The translations under genes were made by a program, and so were the position numbers. Under the pieces are notes generated by a model. The model saw only the letters and a program-made list of their open reading frames with translations, was not told the DNA's origin and did not search any database. Source: Camelus dromedarius (taxonomy: Eukaryota). Taken from it: 64,000 bases of DNA. The DNA lies in the NCBI RefSeq assembly GCF_036321535.1, contig NC_087436.1, positions 89,778,001-89,842,000 on the forward strand. The letters are read 5' to 3'. This document shows, in pieces, positions 13,352-25,346 of this stretch. How positions within the stretch are numbered: position 1 is the first letter of the stretch; every line of letters starts with the position of its first letter.

Positions 13352-15779
13352 TATTCCCATGATGTCTTTTTTCTCCCTTGTCTGAGCCTTTAGATTTAAA
13401 AGTGCTACCTCTTCTAAAATCTACCACAGTCTTTGAGCACTTCTGTGCTAAGCACCTTACATAATTACCCCGTTTAATTTCCATTATAACCTCAGGATAC
13501 TGACAGACAGCTGTTTTATGTTTTCTACATATGAAAAGCAAACAGAGACTCCCTTTGGGTGACTGGTCCAGCCTCACATCTAATGATGGAGGAGCTCTGT
13601 GCCTGCCTTAGCTGTTGCTTTCCTGCTGGGCGCGTTTGCTACATCACCTCTCCCGGTTTTTCCCACCTTCTGCCTTCACGTATTTGAAAGACAAAAGCGT
13701 CGACTGATTAAATACCTTGGCACTCGATCATTTCATCCTCTCGTGAGAAACAGGGAGCCTCCTGTCTAGTTTTTTTTTTGCCCTCATGTTACAATGACTC
13801 ATTAAAGAAGGAGCTGCATGCAGTTGGTGGAAGCTGTAATGCACAAAGAAGATTTGGCACTTGGCAAAGCTTAATTATACGTGTCTTGCATCCTAATACT
13901 TTCCAAATCCCCTGTGTTTATTTTTATCTTCTATTCTGTTATTTTCATTGCCCTGATGTCATTTGCATCATCTACCTCTCCAAAGCAAATCACACGTCGC
14001 CAGTGGCCCAGCCTGCACTTTGATAGCGTCAATATTATCAGAGCTCCCTTTGTCTCATTTTATAGCACTGTGCCTCCTGCTGCAGCTTTCCTGGAGTACC
14101 CTTTATAGATTTTAAGTATTCTCAGCTTTGGTTTGTCTGCCCCTGTCAAGACGATGTTATCCACATAAGGTACCTAGGTTTATTAATCTATGATAGCATC
14201 TCTCCCTTTTTTTAATCATTTTCATTTGTCTTCTCTCCGGTTTGTTATTTGTTTTTCTCTCCAGTTTGTTATTTGTTTTCTTTTGAGAGGGTCTACAGAG
14301 CCCACATGGAAATAAAGGACAATGTGGATAGACTTGCCTCACTCTCCTTGTCACGTTAATTTATTTCTTCCCCCACCCACTGAGCATTAGCATGTGGGTC
14401 ACTTTGATATATAACATCCTCACTTATTTCAGCAGCTTATGTGGCAAACACGATTTTGGATCCAGATTTAAAGAAAGAATTACAGTTAATCAACAAGTCA
14501 TATTTTAAAATAAACTAATTAATAATTTTCCCACCTCTCTATTTTGGCCTATTTCAGATCTTCTCTGAAATTCACAATCAGCTATTTTTGGATGTCTGGC
14601 AGATCATTTGCCCTGTGTGTCATGCCTTCTGCTAAGCTTACCAACCTTTGCAGCAAGACGTCTACGTAAGTCTTGTGATCAGTGTTCAGTAAGGTTAGTG
14701 GTCTCTAGATTCTAGTGCTTTTCCTCTTTCCATAATAATTATTATTGGGGATTTTCCTTGAAAAGAATACTTTTCTCTATTCATATACCTTCACTACAAA
14801 GGTTTTCTTAGAGTTCTTTTTTTTTAAAGAGCTAAAAGACAGTAGAAAACCATCAAATATCAAACCCAAGAGAAACATCAAATTCTACCTAATCACACTG
14901 CACAATGTTTGAGTTGATATGTTAGCTGTAGAATAATTTTTAAAGTCTTGATGAATTCTTTGACATTGGCACATATTACTACTCTTTTATGTGACTTTTT
15001 TTTTCTTAAAGGACATTTCCTTAATTTTTGATTTCTCTTTCTGTGTCATCTTATTGTTTATTTTTAATATCTTAAAACTAATTCCAACCTTCCCTTCTTT
15101 GCAAATTTCTGTTTTCTCTGATATTTTATTCTTGTCTGACATTTTATTTATGCTTTCTACCTTGATGGTATAGATAGATTCTCTCACCTGTACCTTGAAT
15201 GTTGCTATTTTGGCTTTAATTTACTCTTCTTTGTTTTCCTACTCTTGCTGTCTCCACCAAATGTTTCTGCAGCCTTATGGAATACTGACTTCCTTCTTGA
15301 AAGCCTTGTCTTTACTCGGTCCCCTTCATGTCACCTTTCACTTTCCAGTCGCTCTCTGACATCTTGAAAGAGCATCCAAGCTTCACTCCCTTAACCAATC
15401 TTCTTATAAATTCTTCCTGCTCTAACATCTCCTCTATTTACCATTACAAGTTAATTCCTTTAGCTCTAAAATCATCCCACAAAAACATTTATAGACTCTT
15501 TCCAAAGAAAAGATTGTCTGCTTGATTCTGAGAGAAGGCAGGCTGGAGAATTCAGTAGAAGGCAAATTCAGTAGAAGGCAAAACGCTGAGGCCAAGAAGC
15601 AAATTTCCCATTAAATCCGAAATGGTTCTGCCTGGCTAAGTAAGGGCCCATTCAAATACACATGCGTTTTTATATACAAGCAGGGCTTTGGAATGTGAAT
15701 CAGATGTTACTTCTTTGCCAAGACTTATAGGAAAAGGACATGATTTGGGATCTGCAGCTCTAGCATCTTGGCCATTTTC

Positions 15780-16510
15780 TTAAACTATTAGGTTCGTCCT
15801 CATCATCTCTTCCTCCCGGTCCTGTGAACTTTACTTCATTTCTCAAATGGACCAGCCTCATCCTCCCTCAGTTGGGGAACTTCATACTGTTTCCTTTTCC
15901 TGGAACATTTTGACCTCCCATCCCAATGTCCAGTTACTCCACTTTATGCATCAGTCTTCACTTTAGATGATCTCTTTCCTGGTCTGAGTCCCTGGGTTGG
16001 TTACTTCTACGTGCTCTTACAACCTTATAAATATCCCAGTATTTGTCACCCTTATAACTATTTATAATTAGAAATAGCTCCTTGTTCCAGTCTGTAAGTG
16101 TTCTCAGAGCACAAGATCATCTCAGAAGCACCTTTGGCATGGTGGCTAAAGGTACAGCCTAGAATGATGCCAGCTGTAGCATTTACTAGCTTGTGTACTT
16201 GGGAGAGGTGATTACCTCTCTGTGCTTCATTTATTCATCTGTAATCGGAGGTCTTATTACTACTTGTTTTGTAGCTTTTTGTTTGTGAGAATCAAATGCT
16301 TAGAACTATCACCATCCTGACTCATGGTAAATAGTGTATAAAATTTTCTATAAAATGTACTATATTATTATTATTATTATTATTATTATTATGGTCATTA
16401 TTTTAGAAACAAATACATTCTCAGGATATCTGACAGTACATTGTCATAGAATAGTGCTCAATCAATGCTTGTTAAATAAATGTTTGTTGAACTAATGAGA
16501 GAATGAATGG
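15780..16510 (+). mobile_element. L2 3' region interrupted by a MIR (~16135-16360) and (TAT)n (16363-16391)
   Basis: L2 tail 'gtgctcaatcaatgcttgttaaataaatg'; MIR core 'tacctctctgtgcttcatttattcatctgtaa'. Confidence 0.65.
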
Positions 16511-17364
16511 TATTGAAAATAATACACTCAGATGAACAGACTCTCAAGACAAGAGAACATGTACATCCTGGAATATGTAAGAATGAGCACTTCCTGGAGG
16601 CTGGATTGCTCTCTTTTTCTCTCCTGATTGACAGATACAGCTAGAAAGGAGCAGACCTTCCAGAGGAGACTTCCCCTAAAGATAGCTGGGCACTGATAAT
16701 TAGGATGCGCGTTAGAGATGTCCTTTGTTATCACGGGAAATTTACTTTTTGGCTTCTTCTCAAATTATACTTCTGCCAAATTTCCCAGCTTACGAGTAAG
16801 TTCTGCTTTTCCCATGGCATTATAAGAAAAGGGAATTTCTTTCATATTTCACAAGCTAAGTTCCTTCTTACACACAAATCCTATCAGCCCTGTCACATCT
16901 CCCTTCTTACTGACTTTGTTGCAGTGTTAGCACGGGCATGCACATAAACACCCTGCAGCCTGCGTGCTTTCAGACCATTCCTGGCTGTTTCTTGTAAGGA
17001 TCACTCGTTGTGGCTCCCATGGCTTTCATTCCTGTCACCTTTATGGGCAGGCAGCCAAAATCCTCTCAACCGGTTGCATGCAGAGACAAACAGGATGTTT
17101 ATACTTTCCTCATTTTTTTCTATTTTCTTTTGAAATATATATATATTCACATGTCACACATCAAATTTTCCCTGAAATGACTCCATATCCGAATATTAAT
17201 TTTCCACAATCCATCTGTGCATCTCACATTCATTGACTTGATATCTGTTGGAAACTTACAATGTGGTACAAAGAAGGCATAGGCAGGAGGCCTTTTTAAG
17301 ACATGTGTGGTCTTTTCATAATGTAAAATAATTTACAGTGTTAGCATATAATAATTCTAGTAAA

Positions 17365-17510
17365 AATAACGTTTATTTAGCCTTTCCTATGTGGCAGACA
17401 TTGTGCCAAGCATTGTACACTCATAAACTCATTCAGTTTTCACAATAAGCCTGTAAATACTGTTATCATCCCCACATTACATATTAGGAAACTGGGTGAC
17501 AGAGATCCCA
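17365..17510 (-). mobile_element. MIR SINE
   Basis: 'ctatgtggcagacattgtgccaagcatt...tgttatcatccccacattaca'. Confidence 0.75.
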
Positions 17511-17854
17511 ACAATTACTTGTTATTGAACAGACACTTGTTAAATAAAAAAATGTAAAAAATAAAAATTAAAAATTAAGTAGTATCTTATTACGAATCCA
17601 ATGAGGTAAAAATATCTGATTTCAATATACTGGTTTATGAACGTTCCAAGGAACCGAGGAGTGTTACAATATATGATGACTAGAGGTAAGTTTTGAATGA
17701 TGGTTAGTTTGGACACTGAGGGGTAGATAAGGTTCAAAATGGTTATGAGGAGGGAGAAAGAATAAATAACCAAAATTCACCAAGTGTAAACTTTGCATTT
17801 GACCCTGCCCAAATATTGTACCTTTAGTATCCAATGTAAGGCTCAAATTATTTT

Positions 17855-17990
17855 CATGAGGTAGTTCCTATGATGGTCTCCATTTCATAGAAGAGGAAAT
17901 TCAGGTTCAGAGAGAGTCAGTATATTGCTAAGGTGACAGGCTAAATGGTAGAGGAAGATTCAAACCAGGCAGTCTGACTTTAGAACTCAA
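17855..17990 (-). mobile_element. MIR SINE fragment
   Basis: 'ctccatttcatagaagaggaaattcaggttcagagag...gattcaaaccaggcagtctgactttaga'. Confidence 0.75.
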
Positions 17991-18078
17991 CTCAACCCCT
18001 GCAAACAGCTCTCTTGCTGAGGAAGAATATTTCAATTAATTGGGGACCGTGGATAAGAAAAGAATGGACACAAAATCC

Positions 18079-18104
18079 ACACACACACACACACACACAC
18101 ACAC
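18079..18104. repeat. (CA)n microsatellite
   Basis: Direct reading. Confidence 0.95.
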
Positions 18105-18734
18105 ATTCCAAAACTGAAGGGAGAAATACTATGTTCAAATAGTCAAGAGACTTGAAATTTACAGACACCAAACTGATAGCAGTAACCTCTATGATTTCCA
18201 ATGTTGTTATCAGATACCATAAAATAATAAAATTGAGCTTTGAAACATATTTATAGAACTGTTTGTTTTAGCTAGTGTTTCTAGATCCTTTTGTAGGTGA
18301 CCTTCAGTAGAAATATATCACTGGTAGTCTGAAAGATGGAGAAGGATTGCAAAAGCCAGGAGTCAGCAGGTCCCAGAATGGCCCCAGTTGAGAACACTTT
18401 ATCCTGAAGTAGAACATATGTTGTGAACAAGTTGGGACTGAATTTACCTGGCAGGGTTCCCTAGGCACCTCTCTCTTTCTTTATTACATATCACCAAGTT
18501 TAAAGTCCCTGAACCAGTCTAACTGAGTTACAGGTTCAGACACACCAGAACCTCAAAATTCTTATCGGTTTTTTTATTAAAAGCATACCCTTAACAGCTC
18601 CTCATAACTTCTTAGAGAATCCTTTGTTTCTCAGATGTACATAAGCTGTTTCGGAGACCCTTCTTGTTTTCTTACTCTTATGAAAATAAATCTCATTTTT
18701 GCATCTATAAAAAATAATTTCCAAGTAGACTAAA

Positions 18735-19208
18735 TGCTGAGTTTCCTGTTGCTGCTTTAACCAGTTACCACAAACTGAGGGTCTGAAAACAGCACAGACC
18801 TATTCTCTTGCAGTTCTGGAGGTTAGAAGTCTGAAACGAGCCTTAGGAGGAGAAAATCAAGGTGTCATTGGAGCCACATCCCTGTGGAGACGCTTGAGGA
18901 GAATCTGTTCCTTGCCTTTTCCAGCTGCTGGAGGCTGCCTACATTCCTTGACTAGTGGTCACATCAGTATGACCTTTGATTCCATTATCATATCTCTTTC
19001 TCTGACCGGAAACTCCTGCCTCCCTCTTATGAGGACCCTTGTGAGTACATTGGTCCTACATGGATAATCCAAGATAATCTCCCCATCTCAATATTCTTAA
19101 CTTACTCACATCTGTGAAGTCCCTTTTGCCATCCTAGATAACATATTCACAGGATTGTGGATTAAGACATGGACACCTTTGGGAGGGCCTCCTTTGACTA
19201 CCTACTAA
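18735..19208 (-). mobile_element. MaLR LTR (MLT1B/C/D-like)
   Basis: 'ttaccacaaactgagg...ttctcttgcagttctggaggttagaagtctgaaa...ggataatccaagataatctccccatctcaa'. Confidence 0.85.
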
Positions 19209-19219
19209 AGGTAAAAATA

Positions 19220-20050
19220 AAACTACAGAAGAACAAGAAGAATGCACTAGCAGATAGGAATCAGTCTTGAGATGGAAAAGAACATCATAAGCATAAAAAT
19301 GAATGAAAAAAATCATAAAAAAGAAACTGACAGACTTAAAAAACCAACTAAAAAAAAAAACCTACATACATGAGGACAATATACCACATTAAGTAAAATA
19401 ACAGGCAAATGAAAACCTAGAATAGTAGTTGTAGCAGATATGGCAAAGGGTAGATAAAGTACCATTACTGATGAAAAGATAATATTATCAATCACTAAGA
19501 AACAGATGAATACCTCAGTAGAGGAAGGAGCAAAGGACCGGAATGAACTATGTATAAAAAAGGAAACTCAAGAGACCAATAAATATGTGAAAAGAGTTCA
19601 ACCTTACTAGCTAAGAAATGCAAACTGGTACAAAGAAGTACCTCAAACAATATTTTAAAAACCATACTGACATACTGACTAATGATAATGAAGTGGTTAA
19701 AGAACATATATGGCCAACAAGAGTTTTAAATGTCACAAACTGTATGATGAATAATGTGCGAATATTTATCAGTGGTCCTTAAAATATTCAGCACTTTATC
19801 TGAATGATTATATTTCCAGAATTCATAAATACATAAGAATAAAATGTTGATATTTATCCACAGATCTTTTTACTATGGCTGAGTTAATACTGGGCAAAAA
19901 TCAGAAAATAACTCAAGTCTGAAAAAGTAATTAAATGATTGGCTATACACATTATAGTGGATGCTAATAATGAAACAATTTACTGCCCTCAACATACTGT
20001 TTTGAAAGATGATTTTTCAGAATACATTATTAAAGGCTAAACGTCAGATA
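19220..20050 (+). mobile_element. Degraded old L1 (L1M-type) ORF2 end/3' region
   Basis: A-rich; 'ccaataaatatgtgaaaagagttcaaccttactagctaagaaatgcaaa' resembles the L1 ORF2 3' part. Confidence 0.6.
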
Positions 20051-20471
20051 CAAGCAACACTGTATTAGATTAGGATCTGCTGCAATAACATATCAAAAGG
20101 TCAGAGGCTTAAAGCATACAGATTCATTTTTCCTTCATTCAACTACTGCTGTGCAAGAGGAGACTCAGGGCCTCAGTCTGCTTTGCTGTGGTGGCCCTGC
20201 CCACTCCATCAGAGACTTCAGGCTTCACCCTCAGTCTTCCATACCTCATCCAGTAAACTCAACTAGCCATATGGGTCTGGGTAGCAGCAAAAGAGAGGGG
20301 ACATATGTTCTTTTCACCAGCCATAGAATGAGACAGAAATTAATGAGACTAAAAGTTTCTAAAACAAGTATATATCATTTGGTCTTGATTTTTTTTAATT
20401 AATTGTTTATATCATGCATATATATATGCAGATAGATGGACAAAGCAATATATACATCTATGTGTCTAAAC

Positions 20472-20792
20472 TAAGGGTAGGCTTGATATGGCCCTCATTA
20501 AATTTGGCTGGCTGCCTGTTTTTGTACAATCAGCCAGCTAAGAACGCTCTTCAGAATATTTACAGGGTTGAATAATATTTGGTCACACATGAAAATTGTA
20601 TGAAATACAAATTTAAGTGTCCATAAATAAAATTTTATCGGAAATACAGTCATGATCCTTTTATTTACATTTGTTTTTGGCTGATTTCAGGTACAACAGT
20701 GGAGCTGAGTAGTGGTGACAGAAGTCATATAACCTGCAAAGCCTAAAATATTTACTATTTAGGTCTTTGCAAAAAGAGTTTGTTGGCCTCTA
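20472..20792. mobile_element. hAT-Charlie MITE (MER58B-like)
   Basis: 'gctgcctgtttttgta...gagctgagtagtggtgacagaa...gcaaagcctaaaatatttactatt'. Confidence 0.8.
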
Positions 20793-21129
20793 CCCTAAAT
20801 ACCTAGGAAAAGTAAGCATAAAAAGAAAAGCCTCATAGTGGTTACTTGCAGGTTTGGGATTTAAGATAATTTTGAGTTTTTATACTTTGCTGTATTTTCT
20901 AAAAGTTCTAAAACGAATAGATATAGCCATATTTGAGAAAAATTAACATAAAGAAAAATAATTCACATGTAGCATACCTAAGAATATTCTTATATCATTA
21001 GTTCCAGATAGCTGCCTTTCTCTGGAGGCCTCCCGTCAAGCAGAGGGACCAGGGAATCATTGCTAAAGATGGTACCCAGGCTTCCTTTTCAGTCTCTTCC
21101 CCAGCCCTTTCCCCCTCATTCTAGTCTCT

Positions 21130-21525
21130 AGCCACATTCCCTGTCTCTCGATTCTGCAAATAAACCAAGCTGATTCTGTCATCACGGCCTCCAGACTTGC
21201 TTCTCCCTGGAGAGCCTTTCCTCCAGATTTTCACATGGCTGACAACTCTGTCGTTCAGATCTTAGCATGGATGTCACCTCACGAGAGAGCTTTCCTAACT
21301 CCTCTGTGTAATGTCGTACACCACTACCGTCAGTCTCTGTCACATTTCTCTGTCTTATTTTCTCTAAGCACATATTACTATCTGCTTTATTTCATTTGTC
21401 TATTTATATTCCTACTGTCTGTTACTGCACTGGAACTGAAAATCCATGAATGCAGACTCCTTACCAGTCTTTTTATCACTGCTATATCCCAGAATATTGG
21501 ATAGTGAATGGTGAAAGATGAATAA
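21130..21525 (+). mobile_element. L2 3' end
   Basis: 'tttatcactgctatatcccagaa'; 'atgtcacctcacgagagagctttcct'. Confidence 0.7.
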
Positions 21526-22519
21526 AAATTGTTTCAATTATCACCTTAACGTGTAATGGTCTATACACATTGACGTCTTACGGAATCCCAATGAAAAGCC
21601 AGATCTTTCTGCTGGGAAAGCCTCTCTAGCCCAGCAAAATTTCTAACTTTGCGTTACTCATCTATGGACACTTGAATTTCGGATTTAACTACGCCAGTGA
21701 CAATAAAAAAGTTAGTGGTTCTTACATCTGACGTGATTTATTGCTGATGGAAGGTAAACATGCCACACTAAGCAAATATAGTGAAAATAATTAAGAATTT
21801 CTTTGAAAAATCGTATTTGTGGGCCCACTTAAAATGGTCTGTTTTCTTGAAAACATGCTAAGGCTAGAAGGACAAAATGTATAAAAGTGAACACATACGT
21901 CATCTATAGAATTTTGCTTCCTTTCTACAAGTCTTTACCCATCACATGCCCTTGGATTTCTTTCAGCTCTTCACAATTCTCATTTATTATTTTGGGGTTT
22001 TGCATACCTTCACTTAGATTCAACATTAATCTCTTTTAAGTTTCCAACTTAGAGACTGAAAATTTATATCAGTGTCAGTTAAATAACACTCCCATGAAAC
22101 ACAGCTAATTGATGGAGGAGGAGTACACTTTGTCAAGAAGCAGAAAATAGCTAATTTGGGGGAGGCGGCAACTACAACCTGCTTCCCTTGGAAAATGCTT
22201 TGATACTTAGTGCAGTGGGAATGACCTTGGTGTGTGATGTGGAAAAGAAATCTCAACAAGCTGTTTATTGACTGTCCAAAGATATATTAAGCCTCAACAC
22301 TGTGGTCACAGAGGGATATTTAAAGTCCTACTGTTCCTGCTTTTACAGATCATGTTTTTGTCTATATTATTCATGACTGTCTCTCAAAAAGAGCATTCAT
22401 GATACAATTTAACGTAATGGTTTTTATAAACCAAATGCTATGGTTTCTTTTCCAACACTGTCACAAAGTCAGCTATTTTCATCTAAATCTATTTCCTATT
22501 CCTCCTGAAGATAAAATAA

Positions 22520-22858
22520 ACAGCTCTGCTGTACTCGCTGGCTTCGCTGTAGTCACGTGGAGATGCAGGATCATGCTTGTCAATGGGGGGCGGTGAATGG
22601 AAGCTATTGCATCACTTCAAGGCCTGGACCTTTGACACCTTCACCTCCCCAGGCGTCAACTGGTTGATCTGGGCTGCAGTTTTAACTATCGTCAGTGCCT
22701 TTCTCCTGACGTCTCTGGTCCCTGAATGAGCTAAGAAGCAGGGCAACCCTCAATCCTCCTGCTGCCTGTAATGTTCACGCACGTGTAAAACATAAACTAC
22801 CACTCTCTTAAGTCACTGAAGTTTCAGGGATTATGTTGTACCACTGGGGCTGATTACA
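22520..22858 (+). mobile_element. Old ERVL/MaLR-type LTR fragment
   Basis: 3' 'ataaactaccactctcttaagtcactgaagtttcagggattatgttgtacc'. Confidence 0.5.
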
Positions 22859-23099
22859 TTAAACAATAACAAAAGTTTACAACCCAATATGTCTAACTGT
22901 ATTGCTATTCCGCTTTTCTCCATGGCCATGATTAACTCTCTGAATTCCTGTAGGCATTTGCCCAGAAGGACTTTCATTAATATAAATAGAGGAAAAAGAA
23001 TACCCATTCATCTCTAACAAATATTAGTTGATCATCTCCTTCATGCTAAACTCTGTGTCTGGAGGACACACAAAGATACTGTCAATACACTGATCCAAT

Positions 23100-23372
23100 A
23101 CACTTGAGTGCTGGTGTGTATCGTAGCAAAGGGTATGTGCGTCTCCAGCCAGGAGCTGTGGCATCAGTTTGCCATCTCTGCAGGCAGCACCTTCATGGTG
23201 AAGCAGCAGCATTTCCCTTGGCAGCCTATTTCTGTTGCATCTTTGGGAATCATTCCAAAAGACCGCATTTCTTTTGACTTCCTTGGGATTCTGAAAATCA
23301 CTTAATGATTTTCTACACTAAATCTTTTTCTACTTAAACTAACTTCAGGGGATTCTGTTCTCTGAAACTGAA
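23100..23372 (+). mobile_element. Old ERVL-type LTR fragment (LTR16/LTR33-like)
   Basis: 3' 'taaatctttttctacttaaactaacttcaggggattctgttctctgaaactgaaa'. Confidence 0.5.
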
Positions 23373-24532
23373 ATCTGTACCCCAAGTATTCAGCATTTCA
23401 AGAATATATCTACAGCTATCTGGGTTTTGGACTTCAGTTTGAGAAGTGTTGCATTTAATGTTAAATGTTATTATTTTAGGGTCTCACTTGGTAGAAAATG
23501 TGTGATTGCAAACTTAAATTCCAAAGCAGGACCTGAAATGTATCAGTATTCAGTTGTAAGATGATCATTCAGGTAATGCAGAATGAGCTCATATTGTTTA
23601 TTAACAAAAGGAAACAGAACATTTTGAAAACAGTACCGTGTGAACTTAACACTCAGGATGATATGCTTGATCCAAGACTGAAAAATTCCTGCTATAAAGC
23701 GAGAGCTACATAGCGCTTGCCACAGTCATGAGGAAGCACTCAATCAGTTGTCTATAATTTAAAACATAATGCTATTGTCAAATACCAAATGAGATAGTAA
23801 TGATGTAGAGAACTTTATAAAGTGGTAAAGTGCTCTACACATTGTTGATAATATCATCTACATAAATACTGTACATTTCCTAGTGCCATAGTGACAATGG
23901 CTTAGTGTCACATTATGTAACTGAAGGATAACACCCTGTATATCTTACCTACTGAAGGCATAGATAAAAATTACACAAAGGACCCTTCACTCTACAGGCA
24001 AAATTCAAATTAAGTAGCATTAGTGTAAACAAAAAAAGGAGTCCAATAATTGAATGCCCATAGTGATTCTGTCTCCATCAAGGTAGAGGATTATGTGTAG
24101 ACAACTTTAAATTACTGCTTCTCGTGGTCTACTTTACGTCCAGAATCTCAAGCTGCCATTATAACACCTTTTACCAGACTGAGCTTGCAATTGAAAATAG
24201 ATCAATCTTGAAGTGATTGAAATTACTATTGCCTGACTTCTCTCACTGTGTCATTCCACAGGACACCAGGACTGGCAGTGGATAGAGAATCTTATGTTTT
24301 TTCCCTCTTACATTTTGTGGCATCACATGCCTCAAGAAAAATTAATTGTAGCATCATTTTTTCCTATGAACACTAAGCCATGAATTATAAATTTTAGTAT
24401 ATGTTTTCTATATTTATTTTATGTATATTTTCCTGTTTATATGTCTTCTACCTCAATATTAAAATCTCCTTTCTTTGAGTTCCAATCCTTACAGTTCAAA
24501 AACATAAAAATATTATTTAACATACTATTAAT

Positions 24533-24862
24533 ATATCATCCTTTGGTATCCATGGCCATTAGTTCCAGGATCACCCTAAGGATACTAAAATTTGTGGATG
24601 CTCAAGTCCCTTATATAAAATGGCATCATATTTGCATATAATCTACACAGAGGCTCCCATATACTTTGAATCATCTCTAGATTACTTACAATACCTAATG
24701 CAATGCAAATGATATGTAAATAGTTGTAGGGCATGTGGCAAATTCAAGTTTTGCTTTTAGGAACTTTCTGGAAATTTTTCCTGAATTTTTTTTTCCTGAA
24801 TATTTTTGATTTGTGGTTGGTTGAATCCACTGGTACAGGACCCTTGGATACAAAGAGCTGAT

Positions 24863-24864
<2 letters not shown>
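24533..24864. mobile_element. MER2 (TcMar-Tigger MITE)
   Basis: 'ggatgctcaagtcccttatataaaatggcat...atttgcatataatctacac...ttggttgaatcc'. Confidence 0.85.
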
Positions 24865-24900
<36 letters not shown>

Positions 24901-24946
24901 CACACATATATATACACACACACACACACACACATACATATATGTA
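24863..24946. repeat. Compound (TG)11(TA)8(CA)3(TA)4(CA)10 microsatellite
   Basis: Direct reading. Confidence 0.95.
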
Positions 24947-25154
24947 TCTGTGCATACAAGTATGTATATATGTATGATGATAAGGTGGTATTATTTATAT
25001 AATAAGGTGAATTTATTTATAAATAGTAATATTTATTTGTATATAGAACAGATACATATACACACACACACACATATATAATGAATGACCCAACATTGGA
25101 TCATCACCCTGATTAATTTACTATTTATATTCCACTCTATTTGAATTCATTAGT

Positions 25155-25346
25155 ATTTTTAAAATTTTGCTTTTTATTGCAGTGTAGTGAATTTACAATG
25201 TTAGTTTCAGGTGTACAGCAAAGCAATTCAGTTACACACATACATACACATATATATATATTTTTTTTTTCAGATTCTTTCCCATTATATATTATTATAA
25301 GAAATTGAATACAGTTTCCTGTGCTATACAGTAGGTCCTTGTTGTC
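25155..25346 (-). mobile_element. L1 3' end (cetartiodactyl-type)
   Basis: 'tttacaatgttagtttcaggtgtacagcaaagcaattcag...cctgtgctatacagtaggtccttgttg'; flanking aattcatta at 25144 and 25348 is a partial TSD. Confidence 0.85.

Noticed and set aside
24695..25081. ORFs with VCVC/THTH runs
   Set aside because: Translations of the microsatellite and MER2.
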